Below are positions 20,008 through 32,461 of a stretch of DNA of 34,748 bases, piece by piece (position 1 is the first letter of the stretch; each line of letters opens with the position of its first letter). Source of the stretch: Octopus bimaculoides (Eukaryota); contig NC_068999.1 of the NCBI RefSeq assembly GCF_001194135.2, positions 32,058,297 to 32,093,044 on the forward strand, given 5' to 3'. The notes under the pieces were generated by a model that was not told the origin of the DNA, did no database searches, and saw only the letters and a program-made list of their open reading frames with translations. A program made the translations under genes and the position numbers.

Positions 20008-22357
20008 TTCAACTACTAAGACTGAAAACGAACAGGGAAAAATGTTCCCATGACTAAGTGTGAGATGCAGCTTCTGCTTTTATTTCTGTTTAGCTATAAT
20101 TAACAAGACTTTCTTTATATTTAGTACCACTCTGTTATTTTAGAAAATCTATATTTTCTCTGATTACCAAAAAATAAAATATATATATATATACAGCTTC
20201 TTTGAAATCCCTTGCACTCTAAAACTTTTACTTAATCAGAGCCATCACACTTGTATTTATCTTTGTTCACACCCATATTTTATCTTGATTCTTGGAAACA
20301 CCCTATCCACTCAAAGTAAATTCTTTATCATATTCCATACAGATAGAAGAAACTAGGTGTTGTCAAAATTAACTCTGCCTTTAAAAAAGAAGGAACTAGC
20401 AATTTATGCTAGTGCTTTAGAGATTGACAAACCAAATTACCAATCTCAGCCAAATGTAACTCATTTAAAAAAAAAGGTACTAGCTACTTGTTTGTACCTT
20501 GGACTTTGAGAAACCAAATTACCACTGTGTAACATGGTTTTTGTCCTTGGATAACAACTGTTATTTCCTGTTTGCTTACCCTTAGAAAGTATGAAAAATG
20601 GCTATTTCCTTAAAACTTTGCTTTTATTACATTTATTCAAATCACAAAGAATCCCTCTAATGCTCCCCAAATACTCCTGCTCATGATCAGAGTTGCACAT
20701 ATTGTCAGCCACTAAGGGACATGCTTAACTGATTAAAGTCAAGCAACTGACAAGCAAATCTGTGGTATTGAGCAGAATAGTTGCTATAACAGTATTTCTG
20801 CTTCAGTAACTCAGCGCTGAATCTGTTTGAAATGTAATGGAAAATAGGTCAGTTACAAAACATTGATGTCCGGGTCACAAACGAAAAGTTTGAAGGGAAT
20901 AGTAGCCATTTCCTTTGATTTATAGATAGAGGCAAATAGGAAATAACACTTATTGACCAAAGACAAAAAAAGAATTACAGTATTATCAATACTCTGTTCA
21001 GATTACGTGCTATCTTTGTATATATATATATATATATATATTCCTTCTCTCCATTGATCAAGCAAGCATGTGAATGAATATATCTTTCACTGCAGATGTT
21101 CTTATAATGGTTTACGAGAAAGTTCCTCAAGACATCAGAAAGAAAAATAATCCATAAATGGTTCCCCTTACTTTTCTCTTGTATTTTGGAAACTAAACTA
21201 ATTCTTTGTTGTTTTGGTGTGCTCATTTTGTATTTTTCTCTCCATACTCAGTATTAAAACTTGTTACATCTTTTCTATATTCATGAAACTTTGAAGAAAA
21301 CATTTTAAAAATATGCGGTGGGTTGGGGAGTGTAAAAGGTACTTGAAAATGGTATTTAAAAGATGATAGGAGAAAGAACCAAAAATTTATTGTTTGAGAT
21401 ATTAGTCCTGATAAATCACTAGTGTAGCGATATCTGCCTCTAAGGAGACACATGAACTACGCACAAGAATTCTTCACTAATTCATCTGGTATATGCTCAA
21501 GAATCCAAAGATGGCAAGCAGCAGCAGAAGAGGAGGAGAAGAAGAAGAAGGTGACGGTGACGACAACGACTTTAAATTGATATAGATTTGTGTCCACTTT
21601 GTTTCATGCAGCTCTGTGAAATATAATTTAAACTGTTGACAGTTGTTATGAAGATATAATAGATTTAATGGAAATAGAAATTATCTTAATATGTTCATTA
21701 ATTATGGACAATCTAATTAAGGATGATGGTTTTGCCTTGTATAATATCCCCATCCAGTGGTCAGTTTAGTGATGTCTAAGTATTGAACCATGGAATATCT
21801 AATGGGATTTTGTTGTGTCAGCATTAATAGACTATCACATGCAGTAATGGACATTGATATGTCAGTTTGTCACATTGTGGACAGTATGATATCCTTAAGA
21901 TAAATATCTTAACAATGACTCAGTATTGCAGAGGCTCTGTTGCAAAGTCTACACTGTACTGACCATTATATATGGCATGTCATATTGACCATGACATGTG
22001 ATGTTTCTCACTTATCCCTGTGTGTGACTCTTATTTGTGACATGTCTCTTATTTGTGACATGTCTCACTACCCATTATTTATGATACATCTCACCAAAAG
22101 AAAAGAGGTCTAGTCAAAGATAGATTTTAAGAGAAACTCAGTATTTCAGTTGATGCTTACTAAGACCAAGTTCCTGCAAATTAAAACTTAAAAGGTTTAC
22201 ACTCGATCTGAAGGTTATGAGTTCAATACTTTCCTATTTTCTATTATCTTATTGTTTTGGAAATAAATGTACATTCTTTTTGAAGAACACACTTGTGATT
22301 ACTGACAACATATAGCTTGTAACATATATTACAATTTATAACATTTTCCATGGATAT

Positions 22358-22572
22358 GATCTGGCAGAATTGTTAGCATACCAAGCAAAATGTTTAGTTA
22401 GTATTTCTTCTGATTTAATGTTCTGAGTGCAAATCCTGCCAAGGTTCACTTTGCCTTTCATCCTTTCAAAGTTGATAAAATAAGTACCACTTGAGCAGCA
22501 GGGTTAATGTAATCAACTAACCCTATCCCACAAAATTTCAGGCTTTTAAGCCTATAGTAGAAAAGGATATTT
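22358..22572 (+). mobile_element. SINE family C copy
   Basis: ctggcagaattgttagc...ctttgcctttcatcctttc...ataagtaccac. Confidence 0.85.
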
Positions 22573-22589
22573 CTATATATCCTCTTCCT

Positions 22590-22720
22590 TATCATCATCA
22601 TCATAATATTATCCACATTTCTATATTTGCTTGGATCAGACAGAATTTATTGAAGCAGTTTTTCTACAGCTGGATGCCCTTCCTATCACTAATCCTCACT
22701 TGTTTCCACAGAAGACTGGA
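22590..22720 (-). mobile_element. Family D fragment
   Basis: Minus strand ggaaacaagtgaggattagtgataggaagggcatccagctgtagaaaa, with a GAT tail. Confidence 0.65.
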
Positions 22721-22794
22721 AATAAACAACACTACTTGTATTCATTTACTACTACCACATAATATCAAGGCAAAGAGAAACAAAACACCCACAC

Positions 22795-22986
22795 AGACGT
22801 GTGTGTGCGTGTGCATATATACAAAGAGCTTCTTTCAATTTCCATCTACCATTTCCACTCACAAGGCTTTGTTCAGCCCTGGGCTAAAAACTAAGACACT
22901 GGCTTAAAGTGCCACTTTGTAGAATTGAACATGAAACCATGCAGTTGTGAAGCGAACTCCTTAACCACATATCCATGCCTGCTCTT
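22795..22986 (-). mobile_element. SINE family A 5' half
   Basis: ccactcacaaggcttt...ttaaccacatatccatgcctg. Confidence 0.75.
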
Positions 22987-23139
22987 AATCTATACTTTGC
23001 ATAATTACCTACATACTGCTTAGACACGTGAACTACTACACATAAAGAAAAGTTACCTACCAACATATAATAAATGCTAAAATGTTTACATGGTTAAAAA
23101 CCATGCATACACACATGAAAGCAGATCCCTTGTTGGTTC

Positions 23140-23470
23140 CAATAAGTGTATTCCAGTTGATCAATAAATGTGATTCCCTTACTCATTGAATTTTAGTGTA
23201 AGTAGTTGAGTATTCCACAGACACTTGTACTCTTAATGTAAGCCCTCATGTAGAATCAATATGATACCATATGCAATAACACTGGCCCCTTACATTACAG
23301 GATACAGTTCAGTCACCAAGCTTCCACATATATTCCCTCAAACTAATGCCATTCACAAAGCTTGGAGCAACTTGAGGCTAAGGTAGAAGTACTTTTGTCT
23401 CTGGTGTCTTGCAACAGGATTGAATCTGTGATCTAAGGATTATAAAACAAACTTCTTAATCATCAATCTT
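23140..23470 (-). mobile_element. Old SINE-like repeat (family A-like head with a different body)
   Basis: 23345-23465 resembles a family A head. The body is recognised from memory only and occurs once in this window. Confidence 0.35.
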
Positions 23471-24901
23471 TGGTCATACTGAATTTTTTTTTTTTTCCTT
23501 CCTTTTATCATTTCGTCAGGAGAGAAAACAGTACCCATGACCCTTTCCAGGATCTCAGAAACTAGTGTGAATGAAGGAGGGAGGTAACCTGATGGAGGGT
23601 TTGTAACTATGAACTCTCACCCAAGGAGTAGGTGAAGGCATTAACCCTTTAGCATTTACAGTATTTTATCAAATGTAATGCTTATTTATTCACATCATTT
23701 CAAATTAATCTTGCATTATTTCATAGATTTGAGATTTCAATGATGTGATTGTTTATTTGTAAAATGACTCTGTAGGAAAGGTGTGAAAGGCCTGATCTGT
23801 TCAGTTGAAAGTAAAATGAGTGGAATATTTTGGCTAGATATGGCCAGTTTAAATGCTAAAGGATTCGACCAGGTGATGGATTAAATCTCCCACTCTCCCC
23901 ATGTAAACATAACTACAAAGCAGAAGGAAGAAAAGAAGGAAGGAAAAAGGGAAAAATAACACTGATGTCATAAGGTCTGTCTAATATGCACACACACACA
24001 CACACACACAGACACTCACTTTTGAAGTATACCATGGTTTAATTAATTCATGAAGCTTGCCAAGTATTTAGATTAATGTTAATAATTTGATAGTAGAGTG
24101 TTTTTAAGATCCTTCACAAGTCAACAGTGTACTTAACATTATACATTGTCACTGGAATCATTTCCTTCTTTCACACCTTCCAGCAACTTTATTTAATGGA
24201 AAGGAGGAAGACAAGATAGTTTTCTATCATGATAATTCTTTTCTTGATTTCTGTTATTGGTTTGAGGCCATGCTGCATCACCACTTTCAAATAATTAAAA
24301 GAAGGTGTATACTTGATTGAATTGGTCATCAGTATATGTCTGGTGGATTATTTACCCTGAAGTGATAAGCCAATTCAGACCAAACATGATTTGAACTCAC
24401 CTTACCATTTCTACTACTCAGCCACCCCAATAGAAGCTGTAATAATAATGAGTTATAACAGGGACAGAAATTTGGTATGAGATAGATATAGTTGATTAGA
24501 TCCACCCCTCACCATCTTGCGAACCTATTTCCTAATTTATGACAAGTCTCTACTCCACTATTTTACCAGTTTTTATGGCAAGACTTCCTCTGGGAACTAC
24601 TCAAGCTGTAAATTAACAAAACTCATTGAAATATCTGTCTGATATGTAGGTATTGGTCATGCTGTTACTGTACAAGTTCAATAACGGTTCAATTTCAACT
24701 AGTCAATTCACTCAAACTAACCCACACCCACCCTTTTCTTAAACAATATCATCTAATTAAAGAACATGAGCACAATTATTGAATTGAGAATTTCAAAATT
24801 TATTTTCAGTTGAGAGAGAGAGAGAGATGAATGGTTGTTGAGTGTGTCAGTGTTGTAGGTTCACACCTCAGTGGAACTTCTAACTTTTAGTACTCCAAGA
24901 G

Positions 24902-25020
24902 CAGTGATTGGTAGAATTGTTAAAGTGTCAGTAAAAATGTTTTGTGGTATTTGTTCCAGTTCTTTGTTTGAGTTCAAATCTGAGCTTTACTTGATCCTTT
25001 CAGAGTTGATAAAATAAAGC
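24902..25020 (+). mobile_element. Truncated SINE family C
   Basis: tggtagaattgtta...gagttcaaatc...gatcctttcagagttgataaaataa. Confidence 0.6.
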
Positions 25021-25771
25021 ATTAGTGAAGTTAAATTAATATATCTGCATACCATCAGTGTTAAATGAAGAATCAAACACTATTTTTTCATAGGTTTCAA
25101 TTACACAGGGAGAAGAAATGGGAATCTGTGTTGTTCATGCCAACAGCATTTGTTCCGTTGTATCAGGCCTGAATTAGCAATAGGATGAAGTGGATCTACT
25201 TATTTAGAAACCAGGGAGATGAGGTTGTTAGCCACAAGTATCACAACTAACAGTTTATTGATTAAATTGATTATTCATCACTTGTGTTAATTGCCTAGTT
25301 TATGTTTTGCTGATTACACTTGCCAATTACATGCTCTTTGATTTCTTAGGGAGCATCATAACAAATTATACTCTAACAAAACATTTCAGGCCACACCTTG
25401 CTTACAATTGATTGTTAACTAATTGTGTGCAGTTCTATAATCAGTGACTTTTTTTCTTTTTCGGGGGCAGGTTTATTTCAAATTCCACCTTATTAGCATT
25501 TAACAAACATTAAGGGTAAACTCTTGAACTGAGTTGCAACTCTTTTACTCCTCCTTATATCTGCATTAATTTATCAGCTCTGTGAATGACATCAACATAC
25601 TACAACAGCTCCTATTTGTATATTTCTGAGAGTCACCTTCTGATGGCTAGGTACCTTTAATTAGGAATAATTAAGCATGTGGTATTATTTTCTTTTCTCA
25701 GATACCCTGCAAAGGTCATGGGGCCAGCACCTTCTTTGCAGATCAACCAATTAAAAAAAAAACTTATGTTA

Positions 25772-26230
25772 TAGGTGCAGGTGTGGTTCTTTTCTTAAGA
25801 AATTTGATTCCCAACTGTACAGTTCTGTGTTCAATCCTACTGTGTGCTCGTGTCTTCTATTATAACCCCAGGATGACCAAAGCCCTTTTGAGTAGATTGG
25901 GTCAATGGAAACTGAAAGAAGTCCATTGTATGTGTGTGTGTGTATATATACCACACATACATATATGTATATATATCTATACACAAACACACACATATAT
26001 ATATATAATGTATGTGTATTTAATGTATATGTCCATATGTGTGTCTTTGTGTTTATCCTGCACCACAGCTTGATAACTGCTGTTGATTTGTTTACATCTC
26101 TATAAAAGACCAGTAGAATAAGTACCAGGCTTAAAATGAAATAAGTACTGGGACAATTTGTTCGATGAAACCCTTCATGGCAATGCCCCAGCATGGCTGC
26201 AGGCCAATGATTGAATCAGTTACAAAAGGA
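25772..26230 (+). mobile_element. SINE family A copy with expanded internal TA/TG microsatellite
   Basis: Colinear head and 3' module, with about 120 bp of internal simple repeat. Confidence 0.85.
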
Positions 26231-26660
26231 AGATGTATGGCATCTGTGTGAAATAAGTGGTTTATCTATCTGTGGTACCATGGTATGTCCTACACATAGG
26301 CATACAAGGGATGCAGATAACTCTAGGTTTAAAGTTTTGGGACATTTTGTGAGACATTTAATCTAGGCGTGTCATGACAGTGCAGATTTGTGGTTCCAGC
26401 CATGACTATATCTTTGACTACATTGTCTTCTGTGTCCTTATCCTTTTTTTTTTTTAGCAGTAGATTGTGATTTGAAGGATATTTAACAGATTGCCTTGAT
26501 TATAGCTTTGTAATATCACATCAGCTGTTCATACTGGATGCTAGAATGTTTAGAAACCTTACAACAGGACACAAATATCACAACAGCCTATTATTACACA
26601 GAATTCAGTTACACTGGAGTGGAACCTCTATATTGACAATCAGCTAAACATATACACAGA

Positions 26661-27584
26661 TAGGCTCATCCCATAAATAATGCAGTTTTTTATTCTTCTT
26701 TTATTTTTCAAAATTAAGATGAACAAAGTTCTTTTTTAATCTAAAATATACTCTCCTTCATTTTCTACAATGCTCTTCCATCTATCTGGTAGACTCGCAA
26801 GGCCCCTCTTACAAAATTCACTTGTCTGTGACAAAAAATACTCCTCCAGTACTGTTCTGACTTCGTCTACAGAATTCATATTTTTTCCATCCAAGTGATT
26901 AGAGGGTGCAAAATAAATGGTAATCAGATGGGGCAATGTCTGGCAAATATGGTGGGTGGGGCATCGTTTCCCATTCAAACTGATCCATTCTTTGGAATGT
27001 CATCCTCACCGTATGTGGCTGAGCATTATCTTGATGGAAGAACACCTTATGTCTTGAAACTAAAGATGGTCGTTTTTCTTCTAGTGTAGGTGTTGATGAA
27101 TGGTTGAATGACCATATCGAAGCTTCTCTGCTAGTTCCTCAATAGTTACAATGGGATTTTGTTCTACCAGGGTTTGCAGAATGTCCTCGTCGAGCTCTAC
27201 AGATCTTCCAGGACAAGGCTCATCTTCTAGGCTGTAGTTTCCAGCTTGGAATTTCTGGAACCACCGTTGACACTGGCTTATGCTTATTGTCTAATTCCCT
27301 TATATACTGCATTGATATTCCTCACACTTTCCATTGCGTTGTTGCCTTCATTGAACTTATCAAGCAAAATATTCTGAATATGCTCATTTGTCACTTCCAT
27401 TATAGCTTTGAAAAAATAATTAACATCGAACTGCTTGCTTCAAAACTTGCACTAAGAATAAGTACAAGGTAAAACTACTGCCTGCTTTTATAGCAAGTTA
27501 ATGCAAGTAGTTTATCCCATTCCCCCTCCAACTTTTAGTTGATGCAATTGAAAAAAACCACATTATTATGGGATGACACAGTAT
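26661..27584 (-). mobile_element. Internally deleted mariner (DD34D-type) transposon; transposase remnant at 26736-27400
   Basis: Imperfect TIRs tcatcccata(a)ataatg..gtttttt near 26661-26691 and 27551-27584. N-terminus MEVTNEHIQNILL...QRWFQKFQAGNYSLEDEPCPGR. C-terminus FFHQDNAQPH...HPPYLPDIAPSDYHLF...RWKSIVENEGEY. Confidence 0.9.
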
Positions 27585-27821
27585 ATATATGCGATGGTTT
27601 TTTGGTAAGAAGTGTCAATTTTTGCAATTCTGTAAATGATAGTAATAATATTTTATAACCTTAGAGATTATAAGCATGCAACATATGTACGGAAATCCTA
27701 CTTTTTTCCATCGAGGGCTTACATTTCCCAATATTTGAGTATTTTCTTTAGTCATTATATGGTGATCTCTTATAAGCTCTAAGCTTATAAAATATTATTA
27801 TTATCATTTACAAGATATATA

Positions 27822-28695
27822 TACATAGTATGATCAATAAGCATCCGGACTATTGCCATAGTAACAAAGCTAAAGCATGCAGAGTGAAGCTGCTTGGCAC
27901 AGATTGACCTTGAACTCTGCTGTGCATGTGCACTAAGTTTTAATGTTCTAGCTCACTTCCACTATTTACAGCAGTGCTTGGAAGGAAGATTTGTATCATG
28001 TGATCGTTGCATTGACCATGACAGAGAAAGTTGAGCAATAAATTTTGCCAAAAGCCTGATGATACCTGCTCAGGGGCCTACACAAAATTTTCAAAAAAGT
28101 TTTCATTGTTCTCAACACAGTTAAGGAGATCTTGTGCAGCTGAAACCCAGGTGTCTTTTTGGTCAGCTAAAAGCAGTTTTGGCATAAACTTGGCAGACAC
28201 ACGTCTCATACCCAAATCTCTAGTGATAATGGACTGAACTGAACCATAACTAATTTGCACATCCTCTGATAACTCATGGATAGTGATTCAACAAGTCCCC
28301 CTTACAGCTGCACACAAATCTCCGATGTTTTTCTGAATTCTGTTGGTTGCAGGTCTCCCAGAACATTTATCAATATCAATATTTTTCCAACCATCTTGAA
28401 ACCCATACACTTGTGTGCAGCTCATACACTCCTCTTCATACATTTTCTGCAACTTTGTGTAGGCCTCTGAGCAGGTATCGCCATGACAACTTTCTTTGTT
28501 ATGGTCAATGCAACAATCACACACTACACGCCTTCCTTCCAAGTACTGCTGTAAACAGCAGAAGTGAGCTAGGATGTTAAAACTTAGTGTGTGTGCACAG
28601 CAGAGTTCAAAGCCAATCTTTACCAAGCGGCTTCACTATGCGTACTTTGGCTTCTTTACTATGGCAATATACCAGATACTTATTGATCAGAACTC

Positions 28696-28698
<3 letters not shown>
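27822..28698. mobile_element. Non-autonomous mariner derivative built from two inverted 5' ends (about 270-bp inverted arms)
   Basis: 27822-28090 matches the reverse complement of about 28440-28698. Termini (ta)c...tgatcaataag(c/t)atc. Minus strand encodes a transposase N-terminus GDTCSEAYTKLQK...SGRP...LGMRRVSAKFMPKLL. Confidence 0.88.
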
Positions 28699-28756
<58 letters not shown>

Positions 28757-28867
28757 TATACACACCCACATACACACACACACATACACACACACACACA
28801 CATATATATAATAGTAGTGTAGACAAACACACAATGATACCATGTTAATAGATAGATAGATAGATAT

Positions 28868-28920
<53 letters not shown>
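28697..28920. repeat. Compound (TA)/(CA)/(GATA) microsatellite block
   Basis: Direct observation. Confidence 0.9.
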
Positions 28921-28923
<3 letters not shown>

Positions 28924-29014
28924 CTGTATGATTAAGTAACTTGCTTCCCAAGCATATGATCTTGAGTTCAGTTCCACTGCATGACACCTTGAGCAAATAT
29001 CTTTTACTATAGCC
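28921..29014 (+). mobile_element. SINE family A head fragment
   Basis: ggctgtatgattaag...gagttcagttccactgcatgacaccttgagcaa. Confidence 0.7.
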
Positions 29015-29094
29015 TTTCTTTCTCCCTTTCTCAAACAACTTTCATGTATACTTTCCATTATATTCTATCATAACCCTGCTCCACACAACACCAT

Positions 29095-30100
29095 CCAATG
29101 AAAGAGAAGGTGCCAGCATAGGGTTATATATGGACGACAGTCTAGGGGTAATACATTGTAAAGAATGGCCCAGATATAGATAACATTAGAAAAAAATTAT
29201 GCAAAATGTCTAATCATCTCAACCTAAAAACTGATTAGCCCTAGCTAAAGAAGTTGATTTCCTAAACATTGACATCTTAGTACAAGTAGATTTAGACCTT
29301 TCCATAAACCAAATGAAGGCACCTCTTGCATTGACAGAGGCTCTAACTTTCCACTATCAATGATCAAACAGTTAGTTAATAGCATTAGTAGGCATGTTTC
29401 CAACTTATCCTCTGATGAATCAACCTTCAAAAATGTAGTCCCATATTACAACACTGCATCAGAAAGGTCCAGTTTTAAGAACAGTATAACCTATACTCAA
29501 CCAAACATAGATAGGTCAAAAGGACATAGACATAGGAAAATGATATGGTATAATCATCCATACAGCATCTGTAACTACAAATATATTTAGACATTTTCTG
29601 AAACTCATAGATTTCCACTTCACACACATACTCACATAGACTTCACAAGATCTTCTGTAAAAATATGGTTAAAGTTAGCCATTGTTACCTCCCCAGCATA
29701 GAACTGATGATATCCAATGATAATAAGAATAATTATACTAGGACCACTGCTTATATATCTTGTAATTGTAAATCCCCTTGTAACTGTTCCTTGAACAATA
29801 TGTACCTGGAATAAGAACTGATGTACAAGGCAAGCATTACTAACATGAACAAAACAGTAAAAACTTACATCGGAATGATTAGAAATACCTTCAAGGAAAG
29901 ATGTTAGCAGCACTTGGCTTCATTCAGGAACAAGAGAAAAAGACATGCAACGTTCTTATCCAATATGGTATAGACTTTTTAAAAAATGGAACATGGATAA
30001 CCCCATATAAATTAGAGCATCATACCAACCACTCTATCACAGAGTGAACATTTAAGAAGAAACCTCCTGTATGTGCAGACAACAATTTAAACTTTGAAAT
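29095..30100 (+). mobile_element. Decayed Penelope-like element (RT C-terminal half plus GIY-YIG endonuclease)
   Basis: GLYMDDSLG at 29121. Then VDFL, RPFHKPN, SNFPLSMIKQL, RKMIWYNHPYS, HFLKLID..LHKIFCKNMVKVS, CNCK..CSLN and MYKASI..KTYIGM..TFKERC*QHLASF. Many frameshifts. Confidence 0.85.
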
Positions 30101-30377
30101 TTTAAGCATCACACCTTGCCCTGGGTAAATTTTTAAATATCAATTATATGATTACATACACAAAATGCATAACATCAGGAACTCATGTTGGAGTCCCTAA
30201 GTACACAGATATGTATAAGACATATTCATAACATCACATGAGTTACAAAAATATATGCATATGAACTTATAAATATTTTAGTGAACCTTGAACATCGTGA
30301 ACTGATTTTGCATTTGAAACCAGTGAAACCCCATAAATGATAACATGCATGTACTTAAACATCTACCAAATACATGT

Positions 30378-30404
<27 letters not shown>

Positions 30405-30408
<4 letters not shown>

Positions 30409-30800
30409 AGGAGTGGCTGTGTGGTAAGTAGCTCACTTACCAACCACATGACTCCAGGTTCAGTTCCATTGCATGGCACCTTGGGCAAGTGTTTTCTACC
30501 ATAGCCTTGGGCCGACCAAATCCTTGTGAGTGGATTTAGTAGGCAGAAACTGAAAGAAGCCCATATATATATATATATTTATATTGTGTGTGTGTGTGTG
30601 TGTGTGTTTGTTTGTCCTCCCACCATCACTTGACAGCTGATGCTGGTGTGTTTACGTCCCTGTAACTTAGTGGTTCAGCAAAAGAGACCAATAGAATAAA
30701 TACTAGACTTAAAAAGAATAAGTATTGGGGTCAATTTGTTCAGCTAAAGGCAGTGCTCCAGCATGGTCACAGTCAAATGACTGAAACAAATGAAAGAGTA
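30405..30800 (+). mobile_element. SINE family A full-length copy inserted next to (TA)n
   Basis: High similarity to the reverse complement of 1113-1515. Confidence 0.9.
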
Positions 30801-30978
30801 TATATATATTATAAATATGGTTGTACATGAACCTTTATGCAGAAGATAATTAATCTATGGTGAACACAAAACAGATTCTTGGAAAAATCCAGGGTCAATG
30901 CAAGGGAGAAAACAATTAAGAAATTCTCATCAGTCATCTCCTCTGATCCATGAATAAAGTGTATGTGTGTATAAATAC

Positions 30979-31020
<42 letters not shown>

Positions 31021-31022
<2 letters not shown>

Positions 31023-32318
31023 CATCATCATCATCATCATCGTTTAACGTTCGCTTTCCATGCTAGCATGGGTTGGACGATTTGACTGAGGACTGGTGAA
31101 ACCGGATGGCAACACCAGGCTCCAGTCTAAATTTGGCAGATTTTCTACAGCTGGATGCCCTTCCTAACGCCAACCACTCAGAGAGTGTAGTAGGTGCTTT
31201 TACGTGTCACCCGCACGAAGGCCAGTCAGGCGATACTGGCAACGGCCACGCTCGAAATGGTGTCTTTTATGTGCCACCCGCACAAGAGCCAGTCCANNNN
31301 NNNNNNNNNNNNNNNNNNNNNNNNNNNNNNNNNNNNNNNNNNNNNNNNNNNNNNNNNNNNNNNNNNNNNNNNNNNNNNNNNNNNNNNNNNNNNNNNNNNN
31401 NNNNNNNNNNNNNNNNNNNNNNNNNNNNNNNNNNNNNNNNNNNNNNNNNNNNNNNNNNNNNNNNNNNNNNNNNNNNNNNNNNNNNNNNNNNNNNNNNNNN
31501 NNNNNNNNNNNNNNNNNNNNNNNNNNNNNNNNNNNNNNNNNNNNNNNNNNNNNNNNNNNNNNNNNNNNNNNNNNNNNNNNNNNNNNNNNNNNNNNNNNNN
31601 NNNNNNNNNNNNNNNNNNNNNNNNNNNNNNNNNNNNNNNNNNNNNNNNNNNNNNNNNNNNNNNNNNNNNNNNNNNNNNNNNNNNNNNNNNNNNNNNNNNN
31701 NNNNNNNNNNNNNNNNNNNNNNNNNNNNNNNNNNNNNNNNNNNNNNNNNNNNNNNNNNNNNNNNNNNNNNNNNNNNNNNNNNNNNNNNNNNNNNNNNNNN
31801 NNNNNNNNNNNNNNNNNNNNNNNNNNNNNNNNNNNNNNNNNNNNNNNNNNNNNNNNNNNNNNNNNNNNNNNNNNNNNNNNNNNNNNNNNNNNNNNNNNNN
31901 NNNNNNNNNNNNNNNNNNNNNNNNNNNNNNNNNNNNNNNNNNNNNNNNNNNNNNNNNNNNNNNNNNNNNNNNNNNNTACACATGCGTCATACAGTCTGCC
32001 TTTTACTCTGAGTGAGAGTCCCTTTGTCGCCAGCATAAGTAAGAGCTCTCTAAACTTTGCCCAGGCTATTCTTATTCTAGCAGCTACACTTTCAGCGCAC
32101 CCACCCCTACTACTAACTTGGTCACCCAGATAGCGGAAGCTATCGACTACCTCTAGTTTTTCACCCTGGAATGAGATAGAAGTTGTTTCTTGTTTGTTTA
32201 CAGTCTTTATTGCACCTGAACATCTGCCACATACAAAAACTAACATCCTAGTTAACCTGCCTTTGATATTGCTGCACCTCTTATGTGTCCATAGCTTGCA
32301 CCGGGTACATCTTATAGA
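31021..32318 (-). mobile_element. Relatively young 5'-truncated RTE-clade LINE, middle in the gap
   Basis: Open frame 32318 to 31977: SIRCTRCKLWTHKRC...LEVVDSFRYLGDQ...ARIRIAWAKFRELL...SLRVKGRLYDACV. The 3' UTR and (GAT)n tail are at 31021-31296. Continuity across the gap is inferred. Confidence 0.85.
31297..31976. other. Assembly gap (N run)
   Basis: 680 N. Confidence 1.
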
Positions 32319-32461
32319 TATATATATATAAATATATATATATACATATATATATCCACTTTATTTATGGATTAACAAGGCAACCGACACATATATATAT
32401 GCATGTATGTATGTATATATATATATATATATATATGTAAGTATATATCTGTGTGTGTGTA

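Noticed and set aside
20620-20800. Segment that looks like a common dispersed octopus repeat (similar cases near 10500-10680, 25240-25470 and 33640-33830)
   Set aside because: Single copies in this window, recognised only vaguely from memory, so they cannot be classified from the sequence alone.
22029-22064. Perfect 18-bp tandem duplication TCTTATTTGTGACATGTC
   Set aside because: An ordinary slippage duplication with no further structure.
28574-29058. ORFs rich in YI, CV or HT dipeptides (also near 1283, 3738, 15032, 25769 and 34098)
   Set aside because: Translations of TA/TG/CA microsatellites and SINE sequence.
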